42,748 nt of DNA, from positions 1-42,748 of the IMG/VR virus record IMGVR_UViG_3300013383_000009; one strand, 5' to 3'. Below are positions 24,168 through 31,389 of this stretch, piece after piece (the first letter of the stretch is position 1; each line of letters starts with the position of its first letter). The notes under the pieces were generated by a model. The model did no database searches. It was not told the DNA's origin and saw nothing but the letters and a program-made list of their open reading frames with translations. Source of the stretch: a virus. The translations under genes were made by a program, and so were the position numbers.

Positions 24168-25811
24168 TTATTTGTCCTCCTTCGGGCTTGTTGGTACAAC
24201 ATGGGTGCCCTTTTTTGAGTAATAAATACCCGCGCGCTTTGTGTTATGATAAGCGTTATTTTTATAATACCGGCCTATCACACGATCTGCGTCGGTAAAC
24301 TCTATGATTTTAACCGCTCCGTTTTTTTGCGTTTGCACCACAACCGTTCCAGTTCCCACATATCTATCCACAAATTCCTGCGCTTCTTGCATCGTGATTG
24401 TCATAACGCTTTGCGGAGTTTTCCCTTTTGCAAGTCTTTGCGCCTTATACCTCTCAAACTCCGCCGTTCCTTCGATGTGGCGGGCTTGCACCTGTGGTCT
24501 AATTTTTGTGGAAATCTCTCCGCTTGCAATTTTCTCTTTTAGTATAGCAATATTTTTTCCGTTTTGCAACGCAGCTTGTGCGGCTTCCGCTTCGCGCCTT
24601 GCTTTTAATGCTTGCGCCGCCGCCTCGCTTTTTTCGTCGCCGTAAAGCACTTTCAGCCGCTCTTTCTGCTCCGGCAGCCCCGCCGCTTTGCTAAACTCCT
24701 TGTATTTGGCATTTAAGCGCCGCATCTTGATGTTTGCGGTGGTGGCGTCTTCGGTAAGCCCAGCGGCCTCGTATGCGTTTTTGAGCCGCTTTTGCTTGCG
24801 TATGGTGCGCTCTATGCGGCGCTGCATCTGCGTGGCTTCGTATGCGGTGTATTTCTTACCGTCATACTCGCAGCCCAGGCCGTCGTCAATGTGGTAAAGC
24901 TGCTCGTCGGTATAGGTACGCTCCGACACGCCCTCGACCCAAGGAAAGCGCCGGTGTCGGCAGTTTGCACCCTCCAGGCCGTCCACCGCGCCCAGGCCGC
25001 ACACATCATATATGCTGGGGTAAATATCGCCGCTGCGGGTGGAGTAAACCTTGCCCTGCCAGTCCTTATGAGATGACCACGGCGACGGGCCGGGCACATC
25101 ACGCGCCCCTGCGTGTGCGGACACCTCATAATACGGGGTTTCTAAGTATTCCGCCGATTGCTCGGTATATTTGGCGCAGAGCTCGGAAACCCCCGTCATT
25201 ACCGCCCTGCGGGCCGCCACATCAATCGAATCATGGTGGCCACTCTCATAGTCCACAATTTTTAATCCGCTGTCTGCAAGCTGTTTTACCGCAGTTTTAA
25301 TGGCCTGGTTATAGCTAATCGCGCCGCTTTGGATTTGCATTACCGCATTGTCCAGCGCCCAGGCGTAGGCTTTGGCCGGGGGCAGCATTGTGCGCCCGTT
25401 ATCCACCAAAAAGCCCATCGACTGGGTTATGTTGCGCAAATCCCGCTTTGTCTGCTGGTATATTGCCCAGGTGTCCTCAATGCTCACCAGCGTTTCCGGC
25501 TGCGTGATATGCGCCAGGTCGATGACGCTGGTGTAATACTTTTGGTTGCGCTCCACAACATCATTCAGCAGCTTGTTTAGCTTCTGTTCGCTGATGCCGG
25601 TGGTCTTGCGGATTGCCTTTTTGATTTCTTTCAAATCAATGCCGTGTGACCGAAGCGCCCGAATGTCCTGTACTGTGACTTCGTTCAGCTCGTCCGCAGC
25701 CTTGAGCCGTGAGCATATCTCTATGAGCAACGTATCTTCTAGCCCGCGGTACAGCTCCGCCAGTTCTTCGGGGAGCGCATCAAGTAATTCCGGCTGAAAC
25801 GGATATTTCAT
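24168..25811 (-). CDS. Minor capsid / head morphogenesis protein (MuF / SPP1 gp7-like) with an extra C-terminal domain
   Basis: 547 aa. The first ~330 aa look MuF-like, followed by a coiled-coil linker and then a ~110-aa globular domain ending RAGIYYSKKGTHVVP. Confidence 0.85.
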   Translation of the reverse strand: MKYPFQPELLDALPEELAELYRGLEDTLLIEICSRLKAADELNEVTVQDIRALRSHGIDLKEIKKAIRKTTGISEQKLNKLLNDVVERNQKYYTSVIDLAHITQPETLVSIEDTWAIYQQTKRDLRNITQSMGFLVDNGRTMLPPAKAYAWALDNAVMQIQSGAISYNQAIKTAVKQLADSGLKIVDYESGHHDSIDVAARRAVMTGVSELCAKYTEQSAEYLETPYYEVSAHAGARDVPGPSPWSSHKDWQGKVYSTRSGDIYPSIYDVCGLGAVDGLEGANCRHRRFPWVEGVSERTYTDEQLYHIDDGLGCEYDGKKYTAYEATQMQRRIERTIRKQKRLKNAYEAAGLTEDATTANIKMRRLNAKYKEFSKAAGLPEQKERLKVLYGDEKSEAAAQALKARREAEAAQAALQNGKNIAILKEKIASGEISTKIRPQVQARHIEGTAEFERYKAQRLAKGKTPQSVMTITMQEAQEFVDRYVGTGTVVVQTQKNGAVKIIEFTDADRVIGRYYKNNAYHNTKRAGIYYSKKGTHVVPTSPKEDK

Positions 25812-26427
25812 TTGCTTTCCTCCGCTTCACAATATCGTCATAGTGCGGCTTTACCCGTATCACGTTCCAATCACATTCTTCCGGTACTCTGCCGTAAAAG
25901 ATTACCCATTCTGGCGATAGCCGCTTCATCATTTCTTCATAGCCGCGCAGAAACAGGCGTTTGCTTTCCTTGTTTTGCTGTGTGCCTACTGAGCTGACCG
26001 CCACCACGCCGCCGGCAGGCTCACCATCAAAGCACCAGTTATAGCTGCTCTCGTCGCTCCACGAAATCGTTGGGTAAACCGTCATGCCGTGTAGCTGCCA
26101 ATATGCCGCCATCCGGTGTTTGCGATAGTGGTTGTATATCTGCATCGCAAGCGGCATATCCGTGTATGTTGAGAAATCAGGTGAACATACCGCCGCAAAC
26201 TGCGACAGCTTCTGGATGTATTTATCCGGCGTGTTCCAATGGCGGATGAATTGGTAATCATCCACGAAAAAATGCACGATCTTGCTTGCGGGGTCTTTTT
26301 CTGCGTAATGGTAATTTACTGGGATAAACTCGCCCTGCGGGTATGTCTTAACCGGCTCAATCTGAGGGATGCCGTACTTCCCAACGCCGGGGAATGTGAA
26401 CTTGTCGAGATTTTCAAAGTTGATCAT
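25780..26427 (-). CDS. DUF4417-like protein
   Basis: HFFVDDYQFIRHWN.PDKY...PDFSTYTDMPLAMQIYNHYRKHRMAAYWQ..G..V matches my recollection of DUF4417. Start ATG at 26427 (MINFENL); the alternative is 26463. Confidence 0.75.
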   Translation of the reverse strand: MINFENLDKFTFPGVGKYGIPQIEPVKTYPQGEFIPVNYHYAEKDPASKIVHFFVDDYQFIRHWNTPDKYIQKLSQFAAVCSPDFSTYTDMPLAMQIYNHYRKHRMAAYWQLHGMTVYPTISWSDESSYNWCFDGEPAGGVVAVSSVGTQQNKESKRLFLRGYEEMMKRLSPEWVIFYGRVPEECDWNVIRVKPHYDDIVKRRKANEISVSAGIT

Positions 26428-26484
26428 ATAACCCCCAGCAAACAAAAATGCCGCAAGATACATTTCTGTACCTTACGGCATAAT

Positions 26485-26551
26485 CGCGAGCGCACGGAAT
26501 CGAACCGTGACTTCCTCAATCAAGGTGTGCGACCATTACACCACCACTCGC
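26485..26551 (-). ncRNA. tRNA-like element B (67 nt): canonical acceptor, D and T arms with a truncated anticodon arm
   Basis: Minus-sense GCGAGTG GT GGTG-TAATGGTCG-CACA ... CACGG TTCGATT CCGTG CGCTCGC G. Only 16 nt (c CCT TGATTG AGG aagt) lie between the D and T arms, against 22-23 in a canonical tRNA. No CCA is encoded. Confidence 0.5.
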
Positions 26552-26555
26552 TGAC

Positions 26556-26623
26556 AATAAGCGCCCGGATTCGAACCGGAGTTTCCGTTGGCTCGGCGTT
26601 TTCCCCCTAAACTACGGCTTATT
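26556..26623 (-). ncRNA. tRNA-like element A (68 nt): acceptor, D and T arms with a truncated anticodon arm
   Basis: Minus-sense (A)ATAAGCC GTA GTTT-AGGGGGA-AAAC g CCG AGCCAA CGG aaac TCCGG TTCGAAT CCGGG CGCTTAT T. Same 3-bp/6-nt mini-hairpin layout as element B. Its 5' end overlaps the stop codon of the upstream gene. Confidence 0.45.
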
Positions 26624-27010
26624 GTTTCTTCGATTATGCCATATCCTATTTATTTTTTCAACCAGTTTCTTTTCTTCTGTGGTCAAATTTGAGAAGCCTT
26701 TTGCGCTATCATTTTCGCTGTGATTGTATCCATGATGAGTATGCGGCGAAATGCCTTTGTGCGGCTTATCAAGGTCAATCTGCTTAACACGCTTGTTTGA
26801 CGTGTCATAATACGAAATGAATTTCAGCTGGTCGGCTTCATTGACCGTCGCATACACGCGTCCGCGTGTCATAGTTTCCAACGGGGCGGTTGCTGACCCG
26901 TTGCTTGCTTTAACGAACTTAATATTTCCGTCTCTGTAAACTGTCCTGTACTCGCTGCCGTAAGGCTTGCCCTTTGCGCTCATGCCGCTGCTTGCGCCGC
27001 GTCCACCCAT
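26612..27010 (-). CDS. Hypothetical protein with MGGRG N-terminus and His-rich motif
   Basis: 132 aa. Begins MGGRGASSG. Contains HKGISPHTHHGYNHSEND. The start overlaps the upstream stop (TAATGGG). Confidence 0.75.
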   Translation of the reverse strand: MGGRGASSGMSAKGKPYGSEYRTVYRDGNIKFVKASNGSATAPLETMTRGRVYATVNEADQLKFISYYDTSNKRVKQIDLDKPHKGISPHTHHGYNHSENDSAKGFSNLTTEEKKLVEKINRIWHNRRNNKP

Positions 27011-27456
27011 TATTTTTTCTTCCTTTTCTTTTTCATCCCTCTACCAAAGAACGAATCTACAGAGTTTTGCAAATTATTTTGCGCCCGCTTATATGTGGAA
27101 GATGTAATTTCCCGTTGTTCCCTGTTGGGGTTATAATGCTCTCTAAAATACCGTTTTGCGTAATCTTCCGCGCTTTCTTTTTTCTCTGTGTTATTTTTCT
27201 TTGGAGCTTTTTTCTCCGCAAGGCTTTTAATCATTTTTCCGGTTAGGTTGTCCACTTGTCTTTGTGTAATATCGTAATCCCGCATAAAAGCTTCTTTTCC
27301 GATTGCTTGTTTTACGCTCTCAACAAATGTTGGGGATTTGAGCAATTTTTCTGTCCCCAAGTATGCGTTAGACTTTGCGCTTTTCCAAAATTCGCTACGC
27401 TCTACAGCAGAACGCACCGCGCCAAGCCCGCCCCCGGCTCCACCTCTACCGCCCAT
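27010..27456 (-). CDS. Hypothetical basic protein with MGGRG N-terminus
   Basis: 148 aa. Begins MGGRGGAGGG. C-terminal GRGMKKKRKKK. The start overlaps the portal stop (TAATGGG). Confidence 0.75.
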   Translation of the reverse strand: MGGRGGAGGGLGAVRSAVERSEFWKSAKSNAYLGTEKLLKSPTFVESVKQAIGKEAFMRDYDITQRQVDNLTGKMIKSLAEKKAPKKNNTEKKESAEDYAKRYFREHYNPNREQREITSSTYKRAQNNLQNSVDSFFGRGMKKKRKKK

Positions 27457-28880
27457 TACTCTACCTCCTGTTGCTGTTCATCCGTCATGTCCTGCATCTT
27501 TGGCAGCGCCGCCTTTGCGGTGGCCTCGTCCTCGTTCATCCACCGCATACGGAACTCCCAATCGTTCATGATGCCCGCCTGCAAGAGCTGCATATCGCGG
27601 GCAAAGTCGGTCTGCTTGTCCTCAATGATGCTGTCATCAAAGTCGATGGATATTTCAACGTCCTCATTTAGCCCCGCGTTCATGGCCGTGTTGCCCAACC
27701 GAAGCAGAATGCGGCACAGCTCCTTCAATGCCTGCTCCAAGATGATCTCGTGTTTTTTGATGGTGCGGAACATAGTGGAGTTCTCGCTGATGACCTGTGT
27801 GGCAGTCGCTACGCTGCCGCCGTCGAAACGGTAATAGGTCTCGCCGAAGCCGCACTTACTGGACAGTACATTCAGTTGGTCTTGAAGTCCTACATTCAGC
27901 TGCTCAGTTCTGAGCGTCGGGGAAATTGTCTCTACGACGTTTCCTTGCTGCGTATCCTCTGGAAGCAGATAGAAACGCCGGTCGTTGTCGTCAAGCGTCG
28001 GTTCGTCGTCTTCCCACCTTGTGGCGGGCATTTTGACCATCATCATCATGGGGCCGTTCTCGAACTCATTGACGTAGCAGTCATATGCACAGTCAACGCC
28101 TCGCAGAACGTCGATTGCATTTGCATACACAGGGATACCAACCGGAAGCAGGTAGTCAAGATTGTTTGCGATGTTCGGTCTGTCGATGACGAACTGCCTC
28201 TTGTCGCTTCCCGTATGTACCACAGGGGGGATCCGCTCAAAGCCCGGAACATTGGTGAGCAGCGCGTCGGCAAGCGTCTCGTTTTCGTATCTGTAAATAC
28301 TATTCTCGATGACATAAAGACCGTTTTTGTCTTTCCGGTGAATCTGCAAATACAGATAATTCTTTCCGGCTCGTGTGACTACGCTGTCGAACGCGCATTC
28401 TGTGATAAATCCATTCTGCCAAGCCAGCGGAAAGATGTGCTCAATCGTCACATAGTCCAGCTCTACGCCGGAAACATCCCCCGGCACGATCTCACCGCTT
28501 TCGTTGACGGCCTGCCCAACCACACGCGGAATGTACGCCACAGTTCCGAGCGCTGACTTCATTTCCTGCATTTCATTTGCCTTGACCGTGAAGTTGTTCG
28601 CCGTCAGAACTTTGTCAATAAACTCCTGCTCCTTCTGGCCTTCAAGCGTGATCTGAACCTTCTCATTCATCAAGAGGTTTGCCCAGTCCTCACAAACCTT
28701 TTTCGCCATACCGAGGCTTGCACGGTTGCACTTTGTCCACTTATGCCCGTTATATCGCCGGTATTGATGAAAACCCTTGACTTTGCCGACGTACCACGAC
28801 TTCCAAAGGAACACGTATGTATAGAATTCCTCTGGGATCGTCGTATACCCGAGTTCCTTTAATTTATCGATAACCGTCAT
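27456..28880 (-). CDS. Portal protein (SPP1 Gp6-like)
   Basis: 474 aa directly after TerL with an ATGA overlap. The N-terminal pattern ...FYTYVFLWKSWYVGKVKGFHQY... resembles SPP1-type portals. Confidence 0.9.
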   Translation of the reverse strand: MTVIDKLKELGYTTIPEEFYTYVFLWKSWYVGKVKGFHQYRRYNGHKWTKCNRASLGMAKKVCEDWANLLMNEKVQITLEGQKEQEFIDKVLTANNFTVKANEMQEMKSALGTVAYIPRVVGQAVNESGEIVPGDVSGVELDYVTIEHIFPLAWQNGFITECAFDSVVTRAGKNYLYLQIHRKDKNGLYVIENSIYRYENETLADALLTNVPGFERIPPVVHTGSDKRQFVIDRPNIANNLDYLLPVGIPVYANAIDVLRGVDCAYDCYVNEFENGPMMMMVKMPATRWEDDEPTLDDNDRRFYLLPEDTQQGNVVETISPTLRTEQLNVGLQDQLNVLSSKCGFGETYYRFDGGSVATATQVISENSTMFRTIKKHEIILEQALKELCRILLRLGNTAMNAGLNEDVEISIDFDDSIIEDKQTDFARDMQLLQAGIMNDWEFRMRWMNEDEATAKAALPKMQDMTDEQQQEVE

Positions 28881-30115
28881 GCAATAACTCCCATTCTGCG
28901 GCTGACAGGCTCTAACGCATATCTCGTCGCGTCAATCAGGTGGTTGTTCGCGTCAGGGTAGCCGCTAATAATGTCGCCGTCTTTGCTTCTTTCGTATTCG
29001 TACCCCACAAATTCATCATAAGCATGTGGGGTTCTCTTCCTGTCTATTACGATTGTGCGCCGCTGCAGAAATTTCATACCATATTCCACGGACCCGGGGC
29101 CCTTTACCGCCTCAAGTGCCGGAAGTCCCATCGCGCGGAAGTCTGCCACGCTCTTAGGCTCTGCACTATCGCAAATAGTTCGCACGTTTTTATATCCTCG
29201 CTGCTTGATTATTGTCGCGCTTTGCTCATTGGATAGTTTGTTTTGGTAAATTTCATCCAGCAAGTAAATGGTTTCGCGCGCCCGGTCGTAGTGCAGCCGG
29301 ATAAAAGCAAACGGATCGGGAAACCACCCAAAGTCAACGCCCTGGTAAATCTTATCGAATCTTTTAAATTCGTCATCCGTGATTTCCCGCAGTTCCAGCT
29401 TGTCGAACACATTGCCGCCCGTACCCACAGGAATGCCTAAATACTCATGCTGGTACGCTCTCTCGTCCGTGGCCTTGAGATGTTCCGCTTCCGCTAAAAA
29501 CTGCTCACCCAGCCACTCTGGCGGGGCTTGCAAGTATGTTGACTTGTGGCACAGCCTGTCTGTGCGTTCTTCTAGGCTGTCCTTGTTCGCCCAGTTATCG
29601 CGGCTTATCGGCGGGTTGTAGCTTTCAAAGTTCCAATACTTCGAGCCACCGCGCATGGTCGATTGCAAAATCGTTCGTATCTCGGCACGACCGGCAAACT
29701 GGTCTTTTTCTTCAAAGTGTGTCACGGCAATGTAGCCAAACGGCACCTTGATAGACTTGATCTTCATGGGATCGTCAGCACCCCGAAACATGATTTTCTG
29801 CCCGGTAGGCTTGTAGATTAGCTCCATCGGGGAAACCTTTGCTTCCCAATACGCCGCCATACCCAACTCACCGATTGCCCAGATATACTGTGCGTACACG
29901 CTATCGCGGATGGTGTTTGCCACCTTTCGCAGCACGAGCGCGTGTGTCCCCGGATTGTTTATCAGCAGCAGGGGGACAAGTACAGACACAGTGGAGGACT
30001 TCAGTGAGCCGCGCCCGCCACTAAAATCGTAGTGCGTATGCCTGTGGTAAAACACATCGTGAGCCACATCGTAAAAAGCCGAGCCGATTTTTTCTGACAA
30101 GAGAATATCAGACAT
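28877..30115 (-). CDS. terL: Terminase large subunit (PBSX / Terminase_3-like)
   Basis: ATG at 30115. Walker-A-like GGRGSLKSS near the N-terminus, followed by a C-terminal nuclease-type region. Confidence 0.92.
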   Translation of the reverse strand: MSDILLSEKIGSAFYDVAHDVFYHRHTHYDFSGGRGSLKSSTVSVLVPLLLINNPGTHALVLRKVANTIRDSVYAQYIWAIGELGMAAYWEAKVSPMELIYKPTGQKIMFRGADDPMKIKSIKVPFGYIAVTHFEEKDQFAGRAEIRTILQSTMRGGSKYWNFESYNPPISRDNWANKDSLEERTDRLCHKSTYLQAPPEWLGEQFLAEAEHLKATDERAYQHEYLGIPVGTGGNVFDKLELREITDDEFKRFDKIYQGVDFGWFPDPFAFIRLHYDRARETIYLLDEIYQNKLSNEQSATIIKQRGYKNVRTICDSAEPKSVADFRAMGLPALEAVKGPGSVEYGMKFLQRRTIVIDRKRTPHAYDEFVGYEYERSKDGDIISGYPDANNHLIDATRYALEPVSRRMGVIA

Positions 30116-30521
30116 CAATAACCACCTTGACGGAATCCGTGCTTATTTTTGTCTCGCTCACTTCACGCCAACCGAAATTGCATCCAAGCGAGAATTTCGC
30201 GCCGTTCGCACCATCTTTGTCGTAGAGCCGAGATTCGGCGTATTCTTCGCATCTGGACTTTGCGCGCGTAACCGTGTCCGCAAACTCCGGTCTCCCCTGA
30301 TAATCAATCAGCGCCTGCCGCCCTGTGAACCCAAGCGACAACGCCAGCCCCGTTACCGTCGGCGGCTTTGCGTTGATGATGATCGGCACGCCGTATTTAT
30401 CCCGTACAGCGCAGCCGTCATCACCGATAAAGGGTTTTCCTTCGCACTCTTTGAAATAAGCGTCAATGGCGTCTTGCATCGCCTTTACGCTTTTCCATTT
30501 TCTTGGCGCTCCGCCAGCCAT
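30108..30521 (-). CDS. terS: Terminase small subunit
   Basis: ATG (MAGGAPRKWKSVKAMQDAIDAYF...) after AAGGAAG. PPTVTGLALSLGF is an HTH typical of TerS. The track's N-terminal extension is unsupported. Confidence 0.8.
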   Translation of the reverse strand: MAGGAPRKWKSVKAMQDAIDAYFKECEGKPFIGDDGCAVRDKYGVPIIINAKPPTVTGLALSLGFTGRQALIDYQGRPEFADTVTRAKSRCEEYAESRLYDKDGANGAKFSLGCNFGWREVSETKISTDSVKVVIDV

Positions 30522-30726
30522 GCGCTCACTTCCTTTCGTTTTGCTACCAGCCCCCACCCCTTGGCTACAGTAACAGTCTTTCCCCGCCCATGCGGCCTTC
30601 TGGAAGCTCTCAAACATGGGTTACACAGTCTGCCCGCAGAGGGGCAATGTCTTTTTTGCCGCTCACTTTTGAGCGCTGATTTTGTAAGTTTACTTTCGCC
30701 AGCGAATTTTCGTTGATGACTTATCC

Positions 30727-31383
30727 CTACGCAGACAGACGCTTTGTGTTTGTCTGCATAATGAACTCTTTTACTTGGTCATATCCCCATCCGCAGTCTA
30801 CAAGACCGCTCACAAGGCGTTCCATAGACTGCACAGCAGACAGTTCATCGGAAGAAAAGCAATCACGCGGATTTCCTTTTTTATCAAGGCCGTATTCCTC
30901 CCGCAGTTGTTTTGCGTCCTTGCCAAATAACGCCTTGTAAATACAGTTCGTATAGACGGAATATGCGTGCCCGTGCATACGGTCATTTTCTGCGGACTGT
31001 TGCAGTGCTTTTGTCAGAGCGTGCCTTACCGCTACGCCTTTTTCTCTTTCGATCAGTTTCCCGCGCAACGCAGCTTCCATCGCATTAAACTGCTTTATGT
31101 ACGCTTCCTTAAATTTCATGGCGAGTTCTCCGGTATAACCCATTGCAAGAATGGTAAATCCGTCCCTCGTCATAATATACATGGGCAGCTTTTTGCCTTG
31201 TACGGTATCGTAAGAGGAAGGCCCAAAATTGGACTGTCGAAAATCGTCGCTACAGCCCAATTCGCGTATGTCTCTCAAAATGTGCTTGTGTTCTTTGCCA
31301 AATGTCTCAGCAACATCAAGGCTTGTGCATACCGCGCGGTCTTCTTTCCCAACTTTCATAATTTCTACCAGCATTTTTATCAA
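30727..31383 (-). CDS. Rha-family phage regulatory protein
   Basis: SLDVAETFGKEHKHILRDIREL...MTRDGFTILAMGYTG matches the Rha (Phage_pRha) N-terminal pattern. Confidence 0.85.
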   Translation of the reverse strand: MIKMLVEIMKVGKEDRAVCTSLDVAETFGKEHKHILRDIRELGCSDDFRQSNFGPSSYDTVQGKKLPMYIMTRDGFTILAMGYTGELAMKFKEAYIKQFNAMEAALRGKLIEREKGVAVRHALTKALQQSAENDRMHGHAYSVYTNCIYKALFGKDAKQLREEYGLDKKGNPRDCFSSDELSAVQSMERLVSGLVDCGWGYDQVKEFIMQTNTKRLSA

Positions 31384-31389
31384 TCCTTT

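Noticed and set aside
26485-26623. Calling the two elements ordinary phage tRNA genes with anticodons.
   Set aside because: Only 16-17 nt separate the D and T arms. No 5-7-5 anticodon arm with U33 can be drawn in any register, so I report them as tRNA-like and not as typed tRNAs.
30522-30617. N-terminal extension of TerS (MFESFQKAAWAGKDCYC...).
   Set aside because: There is no RBS. The internal ATG at 30521 has one and begins the conserved TerS-type N-terminus.
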